NCBI GenBank assembly: GCA_013239625.1
Contig: MU054400.1
Coordinates: 2,454,282 to 2,518,281, forward strand
Source: Lama guanicoe
Taxonomy: Eukaryota
Direction of reading: 5' to 3'
DNA length: 64,000 bases
The translations under genes were made by a program, and so were the position numbers. Shown piece by piece: positions 39,924 to 54,300 of this stretch (within the stretch, counting starts at the first letter, position 1; each line of letters starts with the position of its first letter). The notes below the pieces were generated by a model. That model saw nothing but the letters and a program-made list of their open reading frames with translations, did not search any database and was not told where the DNA came from.

Positions 39924-39972
<49 letters not shown>

Positions 39973-42900
39973 GGATCCTACCAGGAATTAAACATATAAA
40001 AGAAATAAGAGATGGTGTTGTCACAGAGCACCTCAGCTTGCTGTGTACGTGTAAGCGTCACTGAGGAATCCTAGGATCTGACGGACAGGTTTTAGAACCA
40101 CATCTTAGAACCTTCCTCTTGTCTGGCTCATTTACTGTATATTGAGATATTTTTGTTGAAGACAGTGCTCTCTGCCTCGGGATGGAATTTGGAATCTGTA
40201 ACAGTGAAGAGTCAGAGAAAGCCTGGGTACTGTCCTGATCTGAGAACTCTGAGGACAGATGCATAAACACAGCACCTTTGTTTGGGCATGTGTGTCTTCC
40301 TCATGCCACTGCCTCACACATTCATCACCATTTAACTCATTGCGCCGCATGCCAGCTGAGCACCGTGCTTTGCGTCCCCAGAGCTGTTGCGCGGCGGTTG
40401 CCATGGTGATAGATGCACTGGCTGCTGTGCAGCCGTACCTGCTCGCTGTTCTCAGGCTCTCTGTTTTGCACATCTCTGCTGCTTGCTGAGTTGTCATTTC
40501 CTGATGTGTTCTGGTTTTCAGAAAAGCCTTCTTCATCCTAAGAAAAAGCACAGATGGCGAAAATAAAATTTCAGAGCCAAAAAACAAATGTTCTTTCAAT
40601 GAATGATACCTAGAAGACTTTTGAGAGACGGGAAGGCAAAGAGGTGTTTAGATGAATCAGCTAATTAAAGAAAGAACAAGTGCGTCTTGGCTTATAAAGA
40701 AACACAGATAATTTAAAAAATTTTGACCATTTACTATCTATGGAAGCAACATAAGGAAAAAGAAAATTATCTTAATCTAGAAATGTAAATCCTTTTTTTT
40801 TTCTAATATGCTCTTACATTACATGCAGTTGCTGGTGCCAAAAATATGTTTTAGTTAAAATTTTGGATCACTTATATTTCACTTATATTTTTTTCCCTAA
40901 AGATATGAATGCTTTAAAAACAAGATTCACAAATGCCTAAATGTTTTGCATATTTCTAGTTCTTTGATTAAACATGTTTCTCTGCTTCTGATCTTTCTTT
41001 CCTCCAGATTTGTCTATAAATTCCTTCTATGCTACTCTTCCTAACAAAATGAGTCTCCTGGCCTCCAGTCAGTTGCACCCTCCTTGGCACAGTTCAGGGC
41101 TCCACGCTCCTGCTCATTTATCTTGCTCTGCTCCCTTGCAGGCACCATGAATGAACACCCAGCCAGACAGAACTATGTGCCCTTCTCCGGGCCCAGGCCA
41201 AGTTCTCCTGCCCTGCGCTTATCTCCTGCCCTGCGCTATCCTGTAAAATTATGAAATAATGGCATTTCCTTATATGACAAAATTTAAAGACAAAGCATGG
41301 TTCAGCCAGGACTGGGATGACCTGAAAGATGCATGTGTTGTACTGAAAGTCATTATTTATATTTGAATTGTGGATGATTTTTGTTTTATATTAGGTTTTA
41401 TGTTTAATGATAGAAAAGATTGGTGTGGTCCAACTTGTGGAAGATAGAGAGGAAGAGAGTTGCTCGATCTGGATCATATAACTTTCTAATAAGCAGAGCT
41501 GAGATGAGACTGCGGGTTTTCAATCTCTCTTCCATCATATCACACAGACTTTCCAATTATAAAACAAAACAAAGTATAGTAAACCATAGGCAGGATAATT
41601 TTATTCTCAATGTTGGGTTTATGAAGTGTTAACATGTGACTAACACATGGTTCATTTTTCTTTGCCTCTTCTGGGTGGGTCCAGTCTTTCTCCCCTCTCA
41701 TCCCAACTTGGCTTTTTATATGGTACTTCATTGCAAGTAAGGCAATAGATGAATAAACCATAGATAGATAAACGGTGTCGGATAGGTGCCTGCATCTTTT
41801 CAAGAAATGTTCCCTGTTAGCCCTGTCGACTGTGACCTTGTCTTTGAAAAAGGAACAAGTATATGACTTTGATTTCAACTTTAGATCTCTGGCCACACAG
41901 ATTTAGGAAAAAATGCAATTCCAACTTGTATCACGTTCCGTTTATTGAAACACTTGAGTGTATAAATGTGAATAAAGTCTAACTTCCAGCACACACATAA
42001 GATTTATGCATAGTTTTGTGGCCAAGCTGCTTTTTTGTGTTATAGGTGCTTATATCTTACTTTAGCCCAGTTCCTTGTGCATAACAGACACTAAAAAGTA
42101 TTTGTTGAATTAGTGAACCATGGTGGTTTTAACTTTGTACTATCTAGTAGTACCTCTAGATACTTGGTGTCAAAATACAGTGGTGTGTGGGGGACAATGT
42201 ATATAGTATGGAAAGATGACAAAGTGTGGCTAATTGCTGACGCTGGCTGATGGGTACTTAGGGACTTATTTTGCTGGTCCTACTTTCATAGATGCTGAAA
42301 TTTTCCTTAAGTTAAAAATACAACCCAGCAAGAGTTGGTGGAAAAAACAAGACGCAGGTAACTGCGGGGGCTTGGCCCTTCAGGTCCCGAGTTACACGTG
42401 TGACACTGGCCAGCCCACAGCTTCCCACACCCCCGTCCACCCATCTAGACAGCACAGTTTTGACTTGGTGTTCTTCCGGTCCCTTCCAGAACCCTGACGT
42501 TTTCTGCTTCCAGGAAGAGGTTCAGCTTCTTGATGCTGATTATTCCTGCCACCTGGTGGCAGGATCGTAGACTTACTTGTGGAACATGAGGGTGGAGCCT
42601 GCCTTTTTACGGTTAATGAAAGAGGGAGGAGTGAGGGTGGGAGGCCGGCATAAATGGCCACAAGAGCACCTCTGGATGTATTTTGTAATGTGCAATGGGG
42701 TTGTTTTACCCCCAGCGGAATGCACGCCTTGGCTTTGTAGCATTTTTGGGAAGAACAATATCTTCCAGTTGATGATTTCCAACAGAAACAATGGGGTTGT
42801 TGTGGGTGTTAACTGGTGCCTAAAAAATGACCCTTAAAACACCTGTTTCCCTGCTTCTTTTTAAATTGGAGTCGTGGGGACTGTAACAGTTGGCCCACAA

Positions 42901-45900
42901 TGACTTCTTAGCCCATTGTTTCTTTCCATCTATTTAGCAATTCAGATTAATGGATACCTTAGTACACTGGACTCCTACAAGCATGACTGTATTCTGAGCG
43001 CACACCTGTCCACTGAATGGATAACAATGTGTGGGTGTCGTGTATGAGTATTTCTCAGCAGTTGACAGTACCACTTTGAATTTCTCTACTTAGCATTGGT
43101 TGCTGGGTGTACTAAGGGTGATGATCCTGGATTGAGCCCGTCCTGAGGGGCAGATCTTTGAACCAGGAGCACATGGTGGCTGAGTTTTTTTTTCCCTACG
43201 TTTATTTTTGATCATGCATTTCCATGCTGTTCCAGCAACGACAGAGCCGCAGTGGATGTTACTGGGGGTACAGGTGGACAGAGGTCTTTGATACTAATTT
43301 CTCCCTTTCATTCAGTTTCTAACCCATAAAACTTCTAGAACATAAGAGTTCTAAAAACTGAAATTACCTCCCCCCTCTACTTGTGGTGGGTGTCCCCTTC
43401 TATAGAATTTTAGCTGAATACATGGCCACCCAGAATAAATGCTGCGATTCCAAGCTTCCCTTTTTAACTAGCCAATGAAATGCAGAGAGAAGTGGAGCCC
43501 TGAGTGGGGCGGCTTGGGGACACTTCTTAAGAGATGGCTGGCAGGTACTCTCTGTCCCTCTGATCCCCTCCTCTGCCCTGCTGCCTGGTGTGTGGATGGT
43601 TCCAGCTGGGCTGTGAACACAAGGTCCCGTCCTGTTGATGACAGAGTGGTGAACTGCGGGGGGGGGGGGGGGGGGGGGACGTGGGTCCCCGAAAACCTTG
43701 AGCTGTGCTCCCACTCTGGCTCTGTACTTTACTACCCGCCTCCTGACCTATCTGTAGGAAACAAACGTCTCCCTTATTACTTCTGGCTTTTGCTTTTATA
43801 CGCACCTGGACTTACATAATACTTAGTAGGTACAAGACACTGCATGAACCCCTTGACAATGTTTTGTACTTGATCCTAAGAAGCCTGTGATCCCCTTTTT
43901 CACAAATGAGGAAACTAAGGCAAAGATAAATAAGTTACCGGACTCGGAGTGCACAACCAGAAGCAGATGGGATGGAATCTGAACTCAGACTTTCCAACCC
44001 CAGGCCATACTGTGCTCACAGATTTTGGCCCTTGGGCCAAGACCCTTTGGCCTTGGGCATGTCTAAAGGCAAAGTGGTGTACTTACAGATGGAATTCCTT
44101 TTTCATTAAGAAAACTCGATTTGAACTCTAGATTATTAAAAGACTAGAGTAGAAATGACAGAGGTACTAAAAATACCGGAAATGCTTGTGGCCACTTTTA
44201 AACTATATTTAGGTTCTGGTGGTCACTTCTCTCACCAGCACAGTGGCCTTCCCATAGACTGGTTATAAGTCAGCTCTGCCCTTTAAATAACAGTGGTTAG
44301 TGGCCCCAGGCTGGCTCTGACTTGACCACGGGAAGGCGCCTGCGTGGATGAAACCTGGAGGTGTCCGAGGGTTACCTTTGCTTCATTACCATGCTAAGAT
44401 CTCTGCCCAAGGAGGGGGGTTTGCACTCAGGTAGGCACAATTCTTGCCATGTGCAAAGGAGTGTGGAAGACTGCGCATGCCCCAGCTGCCCCTGGAAACC
44501 TCCACTCCTTTCCTAGAGCCTGATACCTGTCTGCCTCTGCCTCTTAACCCTGGAAATTCCCTTACTCCCCTCCCTCTGGGGAGAAAGTGCCGTTAGAGCA
44601 TGAACTCCCCTTCTCCATGCTCTGGCCATTGACTAAAAGCCTGTCTTGCTTGTGCCAAGCTCAGCTGCATTACTGTCAGCCTGAAAGAACTCCCCTGACT
44701 GAGCCAGCCAGGGGCCTTCAGGTGAGCTGTGGCCTCAAGAGGGAGGCCTCACATCTAATTGGGTAACAGAAGCAACCAAGGTGGTGCATTCTGAGAAGGA
44801 AGGATGCCTTAAATGTTGCCATGGATGTCAGTGTCCCAGTGCCTGCAACAAAAATGGGAATGCATGTCTTTTGGACTTGGAACTGTGTACATCTGTACTT
44901 TCCACACTGGACTGTAAGCTGAGCAGCTGGATACTGTGTCCTCTGTTCTCTGCTGAATTCCACGTTCATAGAGCAGTGCCAGGCATAGAGGTGCTCAATG
45001 GCTGTTTATGAATGAATGGGAGAGGGGCTGTCAAATTTACAACAACAGAGAAAATAATGTTTCTACAAATGGGGTAGGACTAGTATGGGACTGCTTTCTC
45101 TCCCTCTTTAAGATTACCTTGTGTTCTAATATTCTAAGCCACTTGTCTTATGTGAAGATGGCGGTAATGCGTCTCCCATTTCTGTTGCTTTTCTGAGCTT
45201 CTTCAAGTGATCTAGCCTTTCTGTATCCATTTCTCTGAACATAGATTGGGACTAGACTGGATCAATGCCTCAAATAGTACCTTAAAATTCCAAAACGCAA
45301 CATAAGTAGATGTAGGCAGTGACAGCGTAAATCTTAGATGATTGCTGCTTGGAGTATTGATAAATTATCTCTGTGAATTGGCTCTGCTTATGATAAAAAG
45401 TTTGGGTTCCATGGTCACACCTGGGTTCAAATCCAGCCTTAATTTCTTGGGGCCTCATACCTTATTACATGGGACCATAGCATTCTGCACCTACCTAGCT
45501 TCACTGTGTGACCAGTCTGGTGCCACATACAGTACGTACTCATTGACTTTTATGTTAATTTTATAGTTTAGTTTTTGCTACTTGCTTGCTTGCTCTGGGG
45601 GCATTTAGTCGCTTTGTTCTCTTTTGTTGAAAATTGGCTTGTAAAAGGCAACATCTGTTCCGTGAATCTACTCTCTTCAAATTATGACCATCCCCCCCCT
45701 TTATTTATTTATTCTTTTGCTTTAAAAAATCTCCAGGTGTCAAATATTTTAAGGCTGTTTCTCTCTAGTGTTCTCCTCCAAATTGCATGAGCATTGCTGT
45801 GGAATGATTGCATTTTCAGAGGCAGTGTTCCAGAAGCCTCTGATCTTCACCTGTTGATTCTGGGGGTTCTTGGCTCAGGTGACCTCTGACTCAAGTCCTG

Positions 45901-48900
45901 GGTGTATGTAATCCTTGATGTGAGGTAATGGGTACCGGCTAGACTGCTCCTCCGTGAGATGTTCATGTTTTTCTGAACAGCCTTTGTGGGTTCACAGACA
46001 GGAAAAGGAACAGCAGTGTCGTGGGAGGGAACCACCTGACCAGCCTGGGGCTCGTTGTCACACTGCCCTGGCTCAACTCCCTGTCACCTGTGAATGCTCT
46101 GAAGGGAGCTTTGTGTCGGTGCCAGGGGTCAGGGCTACAGAAAACCGATGACGTTCTCCCCTCGTGATCTCTGTGAGCCAGAGGCAAAGGGAATCTAAGT
46201 ACGTGGTTATAAGGAAAAGTGGAAAGAGGCAGAATTCTGTACCTGAAGGAGAAAAATTAGAGGAAGGTTTCTATTCGTTGGATTAAAAAAAGCAATTTAA
46301 GCATGCAAGTACTCATGGCATATGATTTCTTTGAGCCTTCATGAAGAAACTGCTTGAGGAAGAATGAGCCAAACAAGTGATAAATGGAGAAATTTTAGCC
46401 AAAGGAGTGATAGTGTATTTTGAATCTTTTTAATGAATCAAAATCTAAAACAACTCCAGGGATGAAGACCCCAGAACAGATTATAAACATTATAACCCCT
46501 GATAATGTGGAAAGGATTGTCAGAGCACCACCTGAAGGAGAAGAAAACAAAAAGGTAGATGGTAGGATAAATAAGCCAATTTCCTCAACTTTTAATTTCA
46601 TCCATCCAGGCTGAATAGAGGACAAAAAATTCAATTAACACGTCCAAAAAGAAGCCAGCGATTGTGTACAGTCCCACACTGTGTGAAGCATGGCCATCTG
46701 TGTACAAGAGGAATAGATTAACACATAGATTAACAAAGGAAACAGGGAGAAATATCCAGAGAAGCATTTACAAAGAGGTTGAGAGAACTCTTTCAAGTCT
46801 AAAGTCTGTGACAAATCAAGTAAGGATAAAGGGAAACCAAAATAACAATGAATAATAGGAATCTAATGAACATCTCCTGAACTCCATAACCCGAATAGAA
46901 CATGAATCGTGGCCAAGGCTGCTAGTTGTGCCCAGGATCTATCGGTCCTTATTTCCTCTAGAAATACGACTCTGACTTTTAGCAGGGCCTACGATTTCCC
47001 AGAAAAGGGCATATTTCCTCACCTATTCTTTGGATTAGAAACTGTTATAGTGGTTATAACGAAGTTCTGTCACTGTGATTGAAGCTACGTGCCACTTCTG
47101 GGAGCTGGCCTGAAGCAGGAGAGTTGGGAGCCGATGGACCCATTTCAGAATATTTTAAAATACGTACAATTAAGTATATAGATGAAAAGGAAACCAATTA
47201 TGTTGAAATACAGTTATTCAAATATTAAAATTGATTTGTGATCAAATATCACATAGGCATCTTTATTAACACATTAAAAAACAAGAAAAAAAAAAACCCA
47301 GCAAGGTCCAGTGGCAAGTTCTAATCACTGCCTTAATGTCAGTGCCATGGATGTAAATTACGCAACAGATCCGAATTCTTTTTTCTACTTGTAGTTACTA
47401 ACTTAATGTAGTGGGGAGCCTTTTGAATCTTTTCGCATACATTTCAAACAAGGAATTCGACCCCCTCTTAGTCTGTGGAAAGAAATGTGCCCCTTTCTCC
47501 TCAGGCCCATGGCCAGGTCTTCCTGCCCACTCCCCACCTGACGTATCTCTCAGTTATGAAGCTGCCATTAATGGATACATCAGAGAGAATATGGACCGCC
47601 CCCCTTTTCTTTTCAATCTTATTTGTAGTTGGAGGTCCTGGCTTTAGTTCTGGTTCTGTCCATATTATCATATTATCATCCGGTAAACCTACCAGTGGGA
47701 GAAATCAAGTAATACCCAGGAATAAAGGATGAAGCATTGCATTCATATAGATTCTTGAAATAAGGAGAGAATGAGTGATGGTTAAACATCCTGCTGAATT
47801 GTCTGAGGCTGATGTCGTATGACTTTTCTATCAGAAGTCATCAGAGTCCCGGGTATTTTTAGAAGATGAAACGCAGATTAGCTTCCAGTGTAGTTCTGGT
47901 GCCAGATTATTAGACAAGCCCCTGTAGGCTGGAGAGTGGGTGCTGCATGCAGTGTCCACTTGGTGGTGCCACTCCGCTAATGCTGCCAGATACAGGCGCC
48001 GTGAAGGCATCTTTATCAATTTTTTAATTGCATGAAGCCAAGAATTCATAGGTAATCATTTCTTCTCCCATTAAAAACCAGTTTACTACCTGGACTTACT
48101 GGTTGCTATGGTCTGAATATCTGTGTCCCTCCAAATTCATTGTTAAAATTCTAACCCCCAAAGATGATGGTGTTAGGAAGTGGGGCCTTTGACAGTTGCA
48201 TAAATCGTGAGGGTGGAGTCCTCATGAATGGGCGTAATTAGTGCCCCTACGAAAGAGAGGCCACAGAGATCCTTGGCCTCTTCCACCGTGTGAGGACACA
48301 GTGATTCAAAGGTGCTGGCTATAAAGCAGGAAGAGGCCCCACCCTAGAACGCTGACCATCCTGGCACCTTGATCCTGGACTTGCAGCCTGCAGAACTATG
48401 AGAAATGAATTCTGTTGTTTCTAAGCTATTTTGTTATAGCAGCCTGATTGGACAAGACACTGGTTTATGCTTTGCCTCACATTCACTTTTCAACCCATGC
48501 CAATATTGCTTTCATTCCTCCCTTGCTATGGAAATCACCCTTGCTACAGTCATCCATGGTCTCCATTTTGCTAAGCCCAGTTTTCATTATATGCAGTGGA
48601 CCACATCCTCCTTCAAATATTCTTGTCCCTGACTTCTGTGATTACACTTTGCTAGTTTCCTCCTATCATCCAGACTTCTCCTTCTCCCTTTTCTGTGCCG
48701 TATAAGCCTTTTCATTCAACCCTTAATGTTATAAACTCTTAATGTTCCTTGAGGCTCTGTCCCAGGCCTTCTCATTCATTCTTCTAACAAATACTTACTG
48801 TGCACCTGCTATGGGGTAGACACTGCATTACCAGGCACTGCATATATGGTCCCTTGGGGAGTTTAGAGGAAAAGCTGTCAACCATAAATTATTTAGTTGA

Positions 48901-51351
48901 TTATTTAATTATAGTCAATATAAGGACTGTTAAAAAGTTCAAGGTACACCTTCTACAGGTTAACTGGAACGAACTTGGCTGTGTTTGAAATTCCAAAGAC
49001 ACAGCCCATTTAGTCACAGGGGAACTGGAAATGCTCTTACAAGCAAAACATCTTTCTACAGTTGAGAAAAAAAATCAATAAACAAGGATAAAAATCCTTG
49101 GTAGGCCTGGCATTCTGGCTCTGAAACCTCAGCTCTTCACCCAAGGAACCTATATTTTGCCCTCCTCATAATGATTTAGCATGTAGCTTTCAGCCTCAGC
49201 TGTGCCCTGATGTCACCCTTCCCTTCCCACCTCCTCCACCAACAGTCTGGCTCTTTTCGGGAGCTTACGCCTTTCCTCTCTTTTCCTTCCTTGCTAACAA
49301 GAGGTCCCTTGCCATCTCCAGCCAAGGTCAAAGCCACATACACTATGGTCAGCATTTGGAGCATTGCAGACTGCCTCTTACTCCCACCTGTACTTTCTAA
49401 ATTTTCCCTTCCCTATTTCCTTCTTCCCTTTTCCCTGACCTGAAGCCCTCGTGCTCTGCAGGGGAACAAGGAAGCAGCCATGTGGGTTAACAGAAAGCCT
49501 AATATTTGCTGGCCACTAGAAATGCCTTCTGTTGATTTTGTGCCCCTCCTTGCTGGATTCCACATACCCTGTGACTAGACCTTTGCTCCCCACCTGCTTC
49601 ATCTGCTGGGTCTGGCTCTTCAGTTAAGCAATTATACTGTTTCAAACCTTCCTGGCTGCACAAGTCAGACTAGTGCTCTCTATCCAACTTCCTCCTTGTA
49701 AAGGTTCCCGAGCCAATGGACTTGGGTGGATGAGAAACTCAGAATGCAGTAACTAGAATTAGAAAAATGAAAGTTTGTCTGAAGCTAGTCAAGTTATAAA
49801 GTGATATGATTGAAAGAGTGAAACGACTGGTACATTCCCGAAGCTGAGCAGGTCAGCAGAGTAAGGCAACTGGGTGGTCTAGAAGGCGAGCCCTTGTGCC
49901 TGTCTTGATCCCTCTTGGACTGTAACTGACACTTTCTCATGGTGCACAGAGCCTTGTCTCATGTTAATGGGTTGCTTTCTGACCACATTTCATGGAGGAA
50001 ATTCTATCATGACTTTCGTGACAACCTGTTATAATCTGACTGGCTAATGTCTTCTAGAATGTTCCAGAGTCCACAGAGTACAGAAATTCCATTTTAAATG
50101 TCAACTTATCATTGGTTTTAGATTCTTGGAACCAAGATTTTGAAATTAGCCAAGATCCATGAGGTTAATAAGAACTGGCTTCTCTTCCTGTGAGCCTCTC
50201 TTTGTCACCCTCCCCGTCTCCCCGCTCCTGCCTCTAACAACTTCTCCTTCAGGGCTCTGATGTCTCCACATAACGTAATGTGGGAAAAGTAGTTCTTGAC
50301 ATGGTGGCTTGGGGAATTATGTCCTTTGGGCCCTAATGAGTAGTTTCCTTCCACCTAGCACAGAGTGGATGCTAAATAGATATTGTAGAATGAAGGAGCG
50401 GAGGGATGGAAGCCTATAAGTGTTCACTTGGAAATATTCTCCAACTCCCAGTCTGGGGGAAATTGCCTACTTACATTATGACTAGCACTTTTCACACACT
50501 ATGTTGTGCTAGTTTGCCATAGTTACTTAATTTTAACCTCACAGAAGCGCTCTGTTTCCAGCTCCTAGCATAATGCCTGGCACAAAGTCAGAGCTCAATA
50601 AGTTTTTGTTGAATCAATAAATGTCATACTTTATGTCAAAAGAGTTTTGGCTCTTGGAAGGAAAGAAACAAACAAAGGCCTTGTCTTTATAAAACCAGGC
50701 GATTGAAAGGAACATTGAGCAGTCTTCAGGTACATTTGCTTACTTAAACTATTCCTGGTAATCATCTGCTTTGTTCCTGAACACCCATGAGAGTTTCCTT
50801 AACTGTGTGATTCCCAGAGTTTTCATTGGAAACCTCTGTCTTCATTTACTTCCGAAGGATACAGGATATTTGTACCATCTCTTTCTCTCCCTTCCTTCTT
50901 TCTCCCCTCCACCCTTGGCTCTCTTTCTTTGTAACTGTCTTTCAAAGGAAAAAGATGGAAGAATTAGTCATGCCAAGGCTTTAAGTGGCTTCTGGGCCAA
51001 ATGCCTTAGCCCATGTGTGGGTGGAATTAGATGCCTCTAAATCCAGATCCTGACTTTGAGTGAAAATCACGCTATACTATGTTTGCCTAAATCTGCAATC
51101 TGAAGACAGAATTCCAAATTTCTGCGGTGTGATAGAGACTTGGGGTTCATGCTCCCATAATCTATTCTACGAAAAGTGCAAATCCTCCCACCTTTGATTT
51201 TTTTCAACTGGACAAATAACTGTTCAGCTAGCACCCAGGGCCCAGCTTCTCATCAACATCAACAGTGTCTGAATGAGATGGATCCGCAGGCACCGCCACC
51301 TTCATTTTCAATTAAGAATCATGGAGTAGAGGTTTTATAATTATTAGTGGA

Positions 51352-51385
<34 letters not shown>

Positions 51386-54300
51386 CGAGCTTGGTAACCA
51401 GTCTTAGATCTGTCTTAACTGAGGTAAGAAGGTTTTTCTGCAAACCTCTGCAGCCCACCCTCCCGAGGTTGGGGGTGTGCTTGCAGGACACATTGCCTTG
51501 TGAGCAAATTGAAATTGGTATTCCCATGACTGGTTAGGGGCTTTTAATTATTACTGGCATGACAGCTATAGGCCAATCAGGACCAGTGATGGATAACAAA
51601 CCAGGCTTTCCATCATGCAGTCAACATGTAGAGTCTCAAAAGAAGCGTCTTGGAATCAAGAGGGCATTTCTTTTAGGATATTCATGATAGGAAAATAATG
51701 GCATTCAATTTCCCTCTTCTCCTTTCCTTTACCTTTGACCGTTGGATGCCTGAATCCTTCCCCCACTTTTGGTAAAAGGTTGTAAGCCCCAGAACCTTAG
51801 TCTTTCCTGTACTTATGACTAATTATCCAATGCATTCCATTTAATTAATTTATTTTTTCATGTTATTTTTTTGTGGGAGAAATTAGGTTTGTTTATTTAT
51901 TTATTTTTTGATGGAGGTATTGGGGATTGGACTCAGGACCTTGTGCATGCCAAGCATACTCTACCACTGAGCTATACCGTCCCCCGTCCAATGCATTCCT
52001 ACTGAAGCTACTTTCAGTCACCTGACACCAGAGATGCGGCCAGGACCATCCACCGTTTAATCATACACGCACTCCCTTGTGATGTGTCTAACTTTGCTAT
52101 TTAAATCTAAAGTTAGTGGTAACATCAGCAGGAATGGTGGAGTAAGAACCACCCCCTGCCCCAAATTCTTCACCTTCATAAAAGCAACAAGAACACTGGC
52201 GAAATTGTCAAAATCACTGTTTCAGAACTCTGGAAAATTAACTAAAGGCTTAAGACAACATAGAGAGTATTTTTTTTCGAGTAAAATAACGGGATCTCAG
52301 TACTAAGGGCTTTGTGGTGTCTTATTCCCTAGTCCTATAACACTCTCCCTAGGCTCATGATAGCCTTGAAAAACAACTCTGAAATCACAGTGAAAACCAG
52401 CAGCCTAGCATCCTAAGGAATTGGCCAGCCAGGGCTGTCACTCTCCTTAAGTCTGATTCCAAGGTAACTGCCATTATTTGACCTTCTGGCGGTTCCTTAG
52501 AAAATCCCACTCACATGATCGGACTCAGAATTTATACTATTTCCCTGGGGGCAACTGTTTAACATAGGCAGCTGCCCGAGGTGGTAATAATAGTTGGAGA
52601 AAACCACAGATAAACAAAAATTTAAAGGAAAAACTGAGAATGAGATATCTGAGAAATGAGATAATGAGAAAACTGAGAATGAGATATCCAGAGGGGCTCT
52701 GAATATCTCTGCCATTCCTGGGGAATTAGAAACCCAGTCACATGCCCAGCGCTGTGTTCATGCCTGAGGAATACCTGAGAAAAATCAAAACTCTCATCTC
52801 TGGCTGATGCTGAATCTCAACAGAAGCCGGAAGTGAAAGTAAACGGAGAATTTAGAATTGCAGGCAGCCTGCCTGAGCACTAAAGGTGATCTTCCTGGTA
52901 GGCACGTGGAGATTTATTGGTTCCAGACACTTGGAAATTTATGTCAAATCCTTAAACTGAACAGATCAACAAGACTGTACTGTGTAGCACAGGGAAATAT
53001 ATACAGAATCTTGTGGTAGCTCGCAGCGAAAGAGAATGTGACAATGAATGTATGTATGTTCATGCATAACTGAAAAATTATGCTCTACACTGGAATTTGA
53101 CACAACATTGTAAAATGACTATAACGCAATAAAAAATTGTTAAAAAAATCCTTCAACTAAATGAGCAGAGACTTTAGTGGCCACACATGACAGTAAGTAC
53201 AGATTATACAGAATTAGTTCAGTTAATTCACTAAATAAACAGTGACAGCAGCAACAGACAGCAAGAACAAACCCTGGAGAAGGAGAGAGGGATCGGTTTT
53301 CTAGAGCTGCCACTTTATTTAAAATGTCCAGCTTTCAAGCGAGAATTATGAGACATACAAACAGATGAGAAAGAAAGGTCCATACACAGGGGAGAAAAGC
53401 AGTCAATAGAAACTGTCCATGAGGAAGCCTAGCTGGGTGACTTACTAGACAATACCTTTGAATCGACTATTCTAAATATGCTCAAAAAGTAAAGGAAACC
53501 ATGCACAAAGAACCAAAGAAAAGTGTGAGAATAAGGCATCACCATATGGAGGATGTCAGTGAAGAGATTCAGAGCCTCAGAGACCAGAGGGGCACCATCA
53601 AGTGTGCCAACATACGCACAGTGACAGTCCCGGGACAGAGAGAGAGAGAGAGGGGCCAAAGACTATCTGAAGAAATAACGTTTGAAAAATTCCCAACTAA
53701 TTAATGAAAAGCACTGATCTACACGCTGAAAGCAGCAAGACAGGAAACTTGCATTCGAGGAATCCTTAATAAGATTAACAACTGACTTCTCATCAGAAAC
53801 CGTGGAGGCCAGAAGGACTTACATATTCAGAGTGCTAGCAGAGGCCATTCAGTGGAGGTCAGAATTTGGGAGGTCATGTAAGTGCTGGAACACCAGCATA
53901 GACTTCTAACCTGTATACTTTGAATATAAAATTTCTGAGGTTGGAAGTAATTATGCAACGTAAGGAGGAAGAGAATTGTTTCTCCAACACACCAGTCAGG
54001 GATGTCAGCATGAATCACACCTTCAGGTTCCCGAGTGTGTTTTCACAGAGCTCACGACAGCCTTGGCTAGAGCTATCTTGATGCTTTTTTTCCCTCACAA
54101 GTGCATTAAAACACAGAAAATACATGACAATGATTTGCTTTTGTGAAAGAACTTCTTTTAAAAATGCATTCTCTACTCTTCCCTCACATCTGTATGATCA
54201 CACCTAGACTTACTTATTTCCAGGGGAGAACAGCCTAGGTGACTAACCAGTGTCACTTCCGTGATGTCTCAGAGAGGAAGGGTTTAAGGCTTTTCCTTTT

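Noticed and set aside
46395..46634. ORFs on both strands suggesting a processed pseudogene
   Set aside because: No recognisable parent protein, polyA tail or TSD.
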